The notes under the pieces were generated by a model, which was not told the origin of the DNA, did no database searches, and saw nothing but the letters and a program-made list of their open reading frames with translations. Made by a program: the position numbers and the translations under genes. Source: a virus (lineage: Duplodnaviria; Caudoviricetes). Taken from it: a stretch of DNA of 64,000 nt. The stretch is from positions 96,259 to 160,258 of IMG/VR virus record IMGVR_UViG_3300028886_001681; one strand, written 5' to 3'. Positions within the stretch are counted from its first letter, which is position 1. Every line of letters begins with the position of its first letter. Positions 49,758 through 58,734 of the stretch are shown piece after piece.

Positions 49758-51304
49758 TACAAATTTTCAAAATAATTCATAAGTTTTTCTTCTACATTTT
49801 CATCATAACGAATTCGTAAAAGATTCATTCCTTTATCTTTACAATAATTATTTTTAATTTGGTCATGTTTTTGAATATATTCAAAACTTTTTAATGTTTC
49901 CTCTTTTGTTGATTTTTTAAAACTAGTAGGAATAAAATGTTGTATTCCATCATATTCAATACATAAATTATACATTGGTACATAAAAATCAAACGGAAGA
50001 GAGTTTGAATCTTTACAATCTTTAAATTTCATCTGTTCTTCAAATTTAATACCATGTTCCGTTAAGAAATTTCTAACTTTAATTTCACCAATATAATTTC
50101 TACATTTAGGACATCCACAATCTAATAAGTGGTCGTTTGGTCTTTGTGGAAAAGGTCCGTGTTTCGGACAAATTATAATAACTTCAGTTTGATAATTCAC
50201 ATATTTCACTTGAGAATAATCATAAGTTCCAACTCCATGAAGTTTATTTGCTCTTTCTATAAATTCTTCCAAAGTCAATTTTCTATCATTTGCTAATTTT
50301 TCATATGCACAGTCTAAACAACCTTTACCACTTAAATGATTAGATGGTGCTTGTGGAAAATCACCATGAATTGGGCAAGTTATAATTACATCTGTACTAT
50401 TATTTATATAATTTACTTTAGAATAATCATATTTATTTCCGTGAATTTTTCTTGAGCGTTCTATAAATTCTTCCAATGTTAATCTTCGTTTATCTGCTCG
50501 ATTTTTAATTCCACAAAGTTTACAACCGTTACCTGATAAATGATGAGATGGAGTCTGTGGAAATTCATAAGGTGTTTCGTGATTATGACAAATTATAATT
50601 ACTTCAGTTTGATTATTTACATAATTGACTTTTGAGTAATCATATCTTCCGATTCCATGCACTTCATTCGCTTCTTCTATAAATTCTTCTACTGTCTTTC
50701 TTCTTTTATCCGCCCTTGTTTTCATTGCACACAAATCACACCCATGTCCTTGTAAATGAAGAAATGGTGCTTGAGGAAATTCATAAGGAACATCATGGTT
50801 ATGACAAATTATATTCACATCAGTATAACAATCAACATATTTAACTTTAGAATAATCATATTTTCCCACTCCATGTTTTTTATTCGCTTTTTCTATAAAT
50901 TTTTCAGTTGTTAATTTTCGTTTATTGCTTCGTCTTTCAATGGCACAAATTTTACAACCTTTACCTTGTAAGTGATTTGAGGGTGTTTGTGGAAATGGTT
51001 TATGACCTTCAACTCGACAAATAATTTCTATATTTACGCTATCCTTTATATAAATCACATTAGAATAATCATATCTATCACCATGTTTTCTCAACGCTTT
51101 CCGAATAAAAGTTTTTGTCTTTTCATCTTTATTAAAATATCTTTCGTTAATAATCCGTTCAATTTCTTCTTCAGATAATTTTGGATATTCAATAATTTGA
51201 TTATCTGATTTTACATTTTCGGCAGAAACGCATTCTTCACAATTACAATTTTCTTGATTAATTTTTGTCTTATCATAAGACAAAATACGAGTTAATGAAT
51301 TCAT
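49754..51304 (-). CDS. Zn-ribbon-repeat endonuclease, copy C (5 repeats)
   Basis: Same N-terminus and repeats as copies A and B; FDFY...CIEYDGIQH. Confidence 0.8.
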   Translation of the reverse strand: MNSLTRILSYDKTKINQENCNCEECVSAENVKSDNQIIEYPKLSEEEIERIINERYFNKDEKTKTFIRKALRKHGDRYDYSNVIYIKDSVNIEIICRVEGHKPFPQTPSNHLQGKGCKICAIERRSNKRKLTTEKFIEKANKKHGVGKYDYSKVKYVDCYTDVNIICHNHDVPYEFPQAPFLHLQGHGCDLCAMKTRADKRRKTVEEFIEEANEVHGIGRYDYSKVNYVNNQTEVIIICHNHETPYEFPQTPSHHLSGNGCKLCGIKNRADKRRLTLEEFIERSRKIHGNKYDYSKVNYINNSTDVIITCPIHGDFPQAPSNHLSGKGCLDCAYEKLANDRKLTLEEFIERANKLHGVGTYDYSQVKYVNYQTEVIIICPKHGPFPQRPNDHLLDCGCPKCRNYIGEIKVRNFLTEHGIKFEEQMKFKDCKDSNSLPFDFYVPMYNLCIEYDGIQHFIPTSFKKSTKEETLKSFEYIQKHDQIKNNYCKDKGMNLLRIRYDENVEEKLMNYFENLY

Positions 51305-51376
51305 AATAATTCTCCTATAATTTTAATTTTTTAGTCCATGCCAAGACTTTTACATAATAAATAGTTAAATTATTTT

Positions 51377-51440
51377 AAAAGAGTTAGAGGTTCAACGGAG
51401 AAGTTGAACCTCAATAGGTGGCATCCTACTGTCCTCTTAA
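51377..51440 (-). ncRNA. Predicted three-way-junction small RNA, copy C
   Basis: CAGUAGG-AUGCCA-CCUAUUG and GAGGUUCAAC-UUCUCC-GUUGAACCUC hairpins inside an AAGAG/CUCUU stem. Confidence 0.72.
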
Positions 51441-51708
51441 TATAATAGTTTAATATTATATTTAATTTTTCAAATCAATTGTACATTCTATATAATTAGG
51501 TTCATCTATTTCAATTCCCATTCCCTTAGCAAGCATTTTATTTTCTTCCCAATTTTCAGCGGTTACATCAATTCTGATGATTCTATTTTCTTTATCTTCT
51601 TTTGTTGTCACATCCTCATATTTCATATTCTTTTTTTTTCCTTCTCAATCTCATTTTAGTCCATAATTCATTTCAACTCAAGCGTTTTCAACAAATCGCA
51701 GAAAAATT

Positions 51709-52566
51709 CTACAAATCAAAAATGTCGGAAACGGAAAAATCTATTCTTTCTTTGGCCAAATTGTAGTATTTCTCAACTTTCTCTATTCCTATGAAATTTC
51801 TATTGTTCAATAACGCCATTTTTCCGACTGTTCCGCTTCCGCAAAAAGGGTCTAGCACAACATCGCCTTCGTTGCTCCAAGAAATGATATGGTCTTTGGC
51901 CAACGATTGCGGAAAACTAGCAGGATGCTTTCTTTGAAACTCATCCATGTCGTTGCCTTGGTCGTATTTCCAAATATTGAACCGCCTTCCGTATTCCTTC
52001 GAAACATATTCCCTTCTGATTCTTCCGTTGTCTGCGGTAAACTTGTTCCGACCTGTTCCACTATCAGTCAATCCCGCTTTATGGACATTCTTTCTGTCAT
52101 AAATCAAATTGTGCGTTTTCAAGTCGCCTTTCGTAAACACGAACATATACTCAAAATTTTGAAGATAGAAATTGTTGCTTCCACAAGCCCCAATCCCTTG
52201 CTTTTCATAAATCATTGTATCGCCCAACTTGAATCCTATCTCCTTGAAACGCAACGCTTGCTTGAAAGATGTTCCGCTTTCGTCTCCGTCCTTGGCGGAA
52301 TCTCCGACAACCCAAACAATCGCCCCCCCCCATTTCAAAACGCGCCACAGTTGGTTGACTACGCCCTCAAACACATCGAAATTCCAAACGCAAGTGTCAT
52401 TGTATGTCCGTAAATCGTCATATGGAGGAGATGTGACCACCAAATCGACGGATTCGTCCTTGATGTTTTTCTTCATGACCTCCACATTGTCTCCGAAATA
52501 CAAATCATAATCTTTAATCATTGAACAAACCTCCTTCAATCCCATAATTGTACCACAAGCATTCAA
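51709..52566 (-). CDS. DNA methyltransferase (N4C-type, SPPY)
   Basis: TSPPY, HPASFP, DPFCGSGT; in-frame G9 tract at 52323-52331. Confidence 0.9.
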   Translation of the reverse strand: MNACGTIMGLKEVCSMIKDYDLYFGDNVEVMKKNIKDESVDLVVTSPPYDDLRTYNDTCVWNFDVFEGVVNQLWRVLKWGGAIVWVVGDSAKDGDESGTSFKQALRFKEIGFKLGDTMIYEKQGIGACGSNNFYLQNFEYMFVFTKGDLKTHNLIYDRKNVHKAGLTDSGTGRNKFTADNGRIRREYVSKEYGRRFNIWKYDQGNDMDEFQRKHPASFPQSLAKDHIISWSNEGDVVLDPFCGSGTVGKMALLNNRNFIGIEKVEKYYNLAKERIDFSVSDIFDL

Positions 52567-53335
52567 CTCTGTCGCTATTGGAATTGGGGGAATTGTATTT
52601 ATACAAATTCCAACCGTTTTTCACTAGATTGTCATAAATCGGATGTTCGTAACCGCTAATCAAAAACTTGCCTTTTCCGTTCAAAACCGCGTCCACGAAC
52701 TTCTCATGCTCACTGTCAGACATTTCACATTCGTATTCAGTTCCGCTACTCCTAGTGTCGTGGACATAAGGAGGGTCGAGATAAAAGAAAGCGTTTTCAT
52801 TGTCATATTTCTCAATCAAGTCGAAAATATCGCGATTCTCTATTATCACGGAACTCAACCGATTGTGTATTTCAAACAATCCGTCAATGGAGGAAAGATA
52901 ATCCGAAACCGATTTGCTCATGTTCCTTCTGACAATCAATGTCGTGGAGAATCCGCCGACTCCATTAAAAGACGAACGATTCACATAAAAATATTTATAG
53001 GCTCTATCTAATAAAGACAACTTGTTTTCGTTTAATTCTTCAATGAATTCTTTTCTTATGTCGGCGGAGTAATATGTCAAATCCAACTTTTCCTTCATCC
53101 GTTCAAAAAGTTCTTTGTCGGAAAGAACCTTAAACAACGAATGAACATTCTTGCCCAAGTCGTTGTAGATTTCCAACTTGTCCTTTTCTTTGGCGAACAA
53201 CACGGAAGCCCCTCCGCCAAAACCCTCGATGTAAACAGAATAGTCTTTTGGAAAATGCGAAACAATAATATCTGTCATATAGGATTTACCACCATAGTAT
53301 TTTATTGGACTATTCAACTTTAATTTCTCCCACAA
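52514..53335 (-). CDS. Dam-like DNA adenine methyltransferase
   Basis: YYGGKS, EGFGGGAS, YND, YLDPPY. Confidence 0.9.
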   Translation of the reverse strand: MWEKLKLNSPIKYYGGKSYMTDIIVSHFPKDYSVYIEGFGGGASVLFAKEKDKLEIYNDLGKNVHSLFKVLSDKELFERMKEKLDLTYYSADIRKEFIEELNENKLSLLDRAYKYFYVNRSSFNGVGGFSTTLIVRRNMSKSVSDYLSSIDGLFEIHNRLSSVIIENRDIFDLIEKYDNENAFFYLDPPYVHDTRSSGTEYECEMSDSEHEKFVDAVLNGKGKFLISGYEHPIYDNLVKNGWNLYKYNSPNSNSDRVECLWYNYGIEGGLFND

Positions 53336-53660
53336 TGTTTATATATTTTAATGAACCAATCGGATTTTCACCATCTTCCAAATAAGGCAAATGTTTTTCT
53401 ATAGTATGTAAAATTGCATACATTAAATTTTCACAAATATATTCATAACGCAAACTTTCCATAAATCGATATATTTCATCTACACTTTCTTTAGGAAATC
53501 TTGGTTTTTTAATTAATCTTCCATCTATATACCAATTCGCATAAATACAATAATCTGCAGAATAAACTCTAACTTCTTTATTTTCATATTTAGCAGAATA
53601 AATATTTTTTTCTCGTTTTGTAGAAACGATATGTTCTTGAATCCAATGTTTGTAATACAT
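53310..53660 (-). CDS. Hypothetical protein
   Basis: Co-oriented ORF in AT-rich block. Confidence 0.5.
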   Translation of the reverse strand: MYYKHWIQEHIVSTKREKNIYSAKYENKEVRVYSADYCIYANWYIDGRLIKKPRFPKESVDEIYRFMESLRYEYICENLMYAILHTIEKHLPYLEDGENPIGSLKYINIVGEIKVE

Positions 53661-54081
53661 TCATTATCTCCAATAATTGAAATACAAAGGCAAAAAAATC
53701 ATAGCACCAAAAATTAAATTAGATATTACTTTTGAAATCAAGACACAAATTATAGCAGTTTTTCCTTCTACCTTAAAATTAATGTTCAAAATGATACAAA
53801 TAAATCCTATGACAACACAAGCAATTTCTAATTTATTCATTTTATACCTCTTTCATATATTTTATTTTCCATAAATATGAATACTCAAAATATTTCTTTC
53901 TTCATATTCATAAATTTCAAAATAAGTAACTTTAACATTACCAAAATCATAGACACACCATTTGCTAACTTCACCATCAACTATATCATATTCGTAATTC
54001 GTTCCTTCCTCAATATCAAAAATTTCAACTTCATCTATATCGGAAAAATCAGTCATATCTAAAAATTCTTTTACTGTTTTA

Positions 54082-54699
54082 TTACTCATATGTAATTTCT
54101 CTTTCCTTACACCAATCTTCAAGGTTATTTTCTACCCACTGAATCAATTCACAAGCGTATACATAATTTGGAGAAATTGATTTCGCATTGTCAATAATAT
54201 TAGAAACTGTTTCGTGCAAATTTGAACTATCAAATTCTTCCTTCAAAAATTCATATATTTCATCAAATGCACGATATTCATTTGGCTCTATTCCAAATCG
54301 AAATTTATCATCAATTACCTCTTTAATTTCTTCATCAAGTTCATCATAATTTTCAACTCTATACAAATCACACACATATTCTTTTACCAACTCTTCGAGT
54401 TTTTCTTCATCCACTTCATTAGGATAAATAGGATAAGAACTTGCTTCACACTTTCCACTCCAATAACTAGTATTTATATAATCACCTTTAAAGAAAGTGA
54501 AGATGTGGCATATATCTCTACCGAAAACATAAGTTCCCATATCTCCACTGTAAAATAATTTGTTGTCCGCATAAATTAAACGAACAAAATATGTTTTATC
54601 ATCACGATTTTCGTTTACATACAATCTAACAACAAGAATGTTTCCTTGTTTCTCAATATCAATTATTTTATATCTTTCAACAAGTTCTTCCTTAGTCAT
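54082..54699 (-). CDS. Conserved phage hypothetical protein
   Basis: SGDMGTYVF...YWSGKC pattern. Confidence 0.6.
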   Translation of the reverse strand: MTKEELVERYKIIDIEKQGNILVVRLYVNENRDDKTYFVRLIYADNKLFYSGDMGTYVFGRDICHIFTFFKGDYINTSYWSGKCEASSYPIYPNEVDEEKLEELVKEYVCDLYRVENYDELDEEIKEVIDDKFRFGIEPNEYRAFDEIYEFLKEEFDSSNLHETVSNIIDNAKSISPNYVYACELIQWVENNLEDWCKEREITYE

Positions 54700-55076
54700 T
54701 TTTCTAACTCCTTCAAAAAATCTTCTGCTTGTTTATAAACTTTCTTTGAATTTATAGACCTATTTTCTTCAGGTATTCCTATAGTTGTATAATCCTTACA
54801 AAACCACATAAGTTCTTTTATGATTTTCTTTGTTTTATCTTTTAATTCTTTAATCTCGTTATTTTTGAAATTTTCAAGTTCATAATATTCCATTTTTTCA
54901 TCTTCAAGAAATCCCTCTAGTTTACCGTTTTCTTTATTCAATTGTTCATTTTCATCATTCATAATTTCCCATACTTGTTGAATAAGATGTACTCTACTCG
55001 GTGGATTAGGCAAATCTTTCATTTTTTCTGTAAGTTCCTCTCTAGTCATTTTCATCAAACTCCTTTTCATACTCAT
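54696..55076 (-). CDS. Coiled-coil hypothetical protein
   Basis: ATGA overlap with next gene. Confidence 0.5.
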   Translation of the reverse strand: MSMKRSLMKMTREELTEKMKDLPNPPSRVHLIQQVWEIMNDENEQLNKENGKLEGFLEDEKMEYYELENFKNNEIKELKDKTKKIIKELMWFCKDYTTIGIPEENRSINSKKVYKQAEDFLKELEK

Positions 55077-55142
55077 TTTTTAATAATATTTAATTTCATA
55101 ATTTCTCCTTACATCTCCATCTATGATTATATAATAAGTGAT

Positions 55143-55227
55143 TTATTTTGTCAATAAAAATTATCAATAATTTTATAAGTATTTGGAAAAATATCGGAAC
55201 AGATTAAAAGAATGGGAGAATAGCAAA
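55143..55227 (+). pseudogene. Collapsed relic of the 46550-47430 promoter/SprT cassette
   Basis: Promoter-side match to 46551-46595 fused to GAAAAATATCGGAACAGATTAAAAGAATGGGAGAA-TAGCAAA, matching about 47366-47432. Confidence 0.65.
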
Positions 55228-55272
55228 AAAAAAGGCTCGGAAACAACCGAGCCTTTCCAACTTAAATCGGAA

Positions 55273-55614
55273 CTACGCTTTTTTGGCGACAAAAACTCCG
55301 AAGATGATTGAGATGAGAGCCACGACCGCGCCTGTGATTGCCTCGAATACATTGGACTGCAATCCGCCGAGAGCGCAAAGGGCGCCGCCTGCGACAGCGA
55401 GAACGATAATTACGACGGTCTTCCAAGTGAAGGTTCCTTCTTCCTTAGCCTTCTTGATTGTGGCCACGATTACAGCCGCCAATCCGAAAGCGGCCAAAGC
55501 GATTTCAACAATCGTCGCACCAGCGAAGTTGGCGAAACATCCGATTCCCACGGCAACGGCAAACAACACCGCGCCCACGATTCCTAGAACTTTGTTCATA
55601 AGTTCCTCCTTCAA
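55273..55614 (-). CDS. Four-TM small membrane protein
   Basis: Four Gly/Ala-rich hydrophobic helices; terminator hairpin GGCTCGG/CCGAGCC at about 55233-55253. Confidence 0.65.
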   Translation of the reverse strand: MKEELMNKVLGIVGAVLFAVAVGIGCFANFAGATIVEIALAAFGLAAVIVATIKKAKEEGTFTWKTVVIIVLAVAGGALCALGGLQSNVFEAITGAVVALISIIFGVFVAKKA

Positions 55615-55684
55615 TATTGAAAATTTAACTCAACATTAAAGATAGTTGTGAAAAATGTCAATACCGAAGTTGAATTTCGAACGG

Positions 55685-56204
55685 TTATTTGATTTTTCCA
55701 TTCATATAATCGTCATACAGATTCACAAAAGTCAAATCTCTTTCCGTGAATTCTCCGTCAGAATCTAGATAATCAGGTGTATGCAAAGACTTAATAATAT
55801 AAAATTCTCCGCTAATAGGTTCAAGTTTGATGTACAAATCTCCAATATTCACATCGTTGGCGTGGGAGTCGTATGTTTCAAAATTTTCAATATAGAAAAC
55901 CCAATATAAATGCCCTTGCTTAATCGCTTTAATACAATCATCTTCAGTTTCACACCACATGGGATAAATCACATCGATAAAATTCTTGAACCTTATTTCA
56001 GAAATGATGTTGTGCTTAATTACCTTTTCGGAGAGTTCGCGACCTGTTTTGTTGAAAAATTCGTTTTTTGAATGTGTAGTTCTTTCCGCCTTCTTCCCAT
56101 TCGCAATCTTGCAGTTTGGGATTTTGTCTTATGAAATCCTCAATCATGGATAAAACTTCGTCTTTCACGACAGTTCTAGCGACCTTATGTTCGTTCAATT
56201 CCAT
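55685..56204 (-). pseudogene. Hypothetical gene split by a +1 frameshift in an A6 run
   Basis: MELNEH...NYTFK continues as NEFFNKTGRE...VIYPMW if one A is removed at 56064-56069. Confidence 0.5.
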
Positions 56205-56205
56205 A

Positions 56206-56514
56206 TTAAAATCTCCTATCAAATATGCAATTTAAATTTTTATGATAAACATCATAATATTCAACTGAATCTCCGTCCTCTATTTTTCCAAAATCATACT
56301 TCATGTCTGAGCATGGTTCGTGTTTAAGCCAATATTCTTTATCGTTTGATTTCGCATAAACTTTGTCATGCGACAACATGTCCCTAGCGGTTTCCAAATC
56401 GTCGATTTCTCCGATAAATTTCCATTTGACGCTCTTTGATTTATCATTGAATATTCCTTTCACCTCGTAAGGAAGTTGAGACTCTTTGCTTGACAATACA
56501 TAAATCCTGCACAT
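56206..56514 (-). CDS. Hypothetical protein
   Basis: AGGAGG SD; TTGACA-17-TATTAT promoter at 56549-56577. Confidence 0.6.
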   Translation of the reverse strand: MCRIYVLSSKESQLPYEVKGIFNDKSKSVKWKFIGEIDDLETARDMLSHDKVYAKSNDKEYWLKHEPCSDMKYDFGKIEDGDSVEYYDVYHKNLNCIFDRRF

Positions 56515-56935
56515 ATCGCCCTCCTAAAATAGTTGGCTCTTAACTTAAATAATAACACATTTCTCGCATTTTGTCAAGTAAAATTATCACACCTCTAAAT
56601 ACTTTTGGATGTCCAAAATCTCCATTGTGGGCTTTCCTTCGTATTTCATGTCCCAATGAAACCAAGCGGTCACCAAGCAACCGCACTTGAACTTCATTTC
56701 GTCCTCATCGAACTTGTCGTAGGCAATTTGTCTGTCAAAAATATAAACTGTCTTGAGATGATTCCACAATTCATTCCTATATCTATTGTACGCACCGAAA
56801 TAATTTGTACGACCAATTACAATTCATGATTTTCAATTTTTTTCATAATTATATATTGTATTTCTACTTAAATTTTTTTACAAAAATTCGACAAGAAAAT
56901 GCCACCCTTTATGGTGGTTATATGAATTGCCGTAA

Positions 56936-57346
56936 TCATCCTTGATTTTCAATGCAATGTTTCAAAGTGGTCTCCGACACACAACCAATTGAAGTGCAAA
57001 AATAACCTCTTGTCCATAAATTATGTTTACCGCTCCAATAAAAGTTTATTAAATAATCGTTGTGATTTTTCCAAGCATAAAATGTAGAAATTTGTTTCAA
57101 ATTATGAATTATATCAGAAATTTGACAAGTCGGAGTAGCATTAATCATTAAATGAATATGGTCGGCTTTAGTTAAATCAATTTCCATAGTTTCTATTTTC
57201 CATTTATTTTGTTTGGATTCGGCAATTTTCATATATGATTTTATATCTTCCGAGATATCTTTCAGACATTTCTTTTTATATTTTGTTGAAAAAATCATAT
57301 GATACTTGATTTTATATTTTTCATGATTAAAATGTTCGTAATCCAT
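56936..57346 (-). CDS. tnpA: IS200-family Y1 transposase TnpA, catalytic Tyr apparently replaced by Cys
   Basis: YHMIFSTKY, DHIH (HUH), LWTRGYF, and KHCIENQ where YIxxQ is expected. Confidence 0.85.
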   Translation of the reverse strand: MDYEHFNHEKYKIKYHMIFSTKYKKKCLKDISEDIKSYMKIAESKQNKWKIETMEIDLTKADHIHLMINATPTCQISDIIHNLKQISTFYAWKNHNDYLINFYWSGKHNLWTRGYFCTSIGCVSETTLKHCIENQG

Positions 57347-57426
57347 AAATACTCCTATGTAAAATTTAACTATTTTATATAGTTAAATTATTAACTATTT
57401 TACATAGAGGATTAACTATTTATTGT

Positions 57427-58722
57427 ATGACAGAATCGGAAAGATTACTGAAAAACAACAAGATTTCTCAAACAAAACATGAAACTATTTCACGACATGA
57501 AAAGATGAATTGTCGTACATATACTTTTAAAATACAAGAAAATTCATTAAACAATCAACAAAAAGAATTTCTTAAAATGATTTTCATTGAACAAAAATGG
57601 TTGAAAAATTATATTCTAAATTGGTGCGAGCAAGACAAAGAAAATAAATTGACCAAATTTGACACCAAAATTACAAAAATAACACATAAAGATAAAGTTA
57701 TGAATGATGTTGAGGTAGAATTAAAATATCTATCCGCGCAATCAAAACAATGCCTTGTATCAAGAATGTATTCAAACATCAAAACTTTGCATACCTTAAA
57801 ATCTAAAGGATTACAAAAATGTGGAAAATTAAAATATTCAAAAGAAGAAAAAATAATTGATTTGAAACAATACGGATGTTCGCATAAAATTATTTCAAAA
57901 AATAGATTCAAAATAAGCGGATGTAAAAAACCATTCAAAGTAAATGGTATGAATCAATTTATAGAGATTCCAAACATAGAGTACGCCAACGCTAGATTGT
58001 TAAACCGAGCAGACGGATGTTATGTTCAATTAGTCTGTTACATTCCTAAAGAAAATAAAATTAAAAACGAAAAAATAAATAAAACCATAGGTATTGATTT
58101 TGGTTGTTCTACATCTTTCACAACAAGTGAAGGTGAGAAAATTAATGTGTCAATTCAAGAAAGCGAGCGATTGAAGCGTTTGCAAAGGAAATTCGCTAGA
58201 CAAACAAAAGGCTCAAAGAATTGGCACAAAACATTAGAATTAATCAAAAAAGAATACCAAAAACAAACCAATCGAAAAGATGATATTTCCAACAAAATTA
58301 TTCACAAATTTTCACAATATAAAACGATTGTGATTCAAGACGAGCAATTAAAAAATTGGTCAAAAAATCATCATGGGAAGGCAATTCAACATTCAATTTT
58401 GGGAAGAGTGAAATCAAAATTAAAGACCAAAGAAAATGTCGTGATTTTGAGCAAAACTGTTCCCACCACAAAACTATGCACGAATTGTGGAGTTTATCAC
58501 GATGAATTGAAAGTTTGGGATAGAACTTTCAAATGTGAATGTGGTGTTGAAATGGACAGAGATGTTCACGCTTCAAAAAACATGGTTTGGTTTTATGAAA
58601 ATAATGTAGGTGTGGAACGCACCAATATTAAGCGTGTGGAGATGGAAGCACTAGTTCTTGGGGTTATTCGTAACTCAAAGAACCAACTTGTGTCGAAGAA
58701 GCACGAAGCCTACTCCCTTTAG
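57427..58722 (+). CDS. tnpB: TnpB RNA-guided nuclease
   Basis: GIDFG, IVIQDEQL, PTTKLCTNCG, CECG, DRDVHA. Confidence 0.88.
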   Translation: MTESERLLKNNKISQTKHETISRHEKMNCRTYTFKIQENSLNNQQKEFLKMIFIEQKWLKNYILNWCEQDKENKLTKFDTKITKITHKDKVMNDVEVELKYLSAQSKQCLVSRMYSNIKTLHTLKSKGLQKCGKLKYSKEEKIIDLKQYGCSHKIISKNRFKISGCKKPFKVNGMNQFIEIPNIEYANARLLNRADGCYVQLVCYIPKENKIKNEKINKTIGIDFGCSTSFTTSEGEKINVSIQESERLKRLQRKFARQTKGSKNWHKTLELIKKEYQKQTNRKDDISNKIIHKFSQYKTIVIQDEQLKNWSKNHHGKAIQHSILGRVKSKLKTKENVVILSKTVPTTKLCTNCGVYHDELKVWDRTFKCECGVEMDRDVHASKNMVWFYENNVGVERTNIKRVEMEALVLGVIRNSKNQLVSKKHEAYSL

Positions 58723-58734
58723 GGAGTAGGTAGT

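Noticed and set aside
55685-56204. A6 run as a programmed frameshift
   Set aside because: It needs a +1 shift with no recognisable signal; a simple indel or assembly error is more likely.
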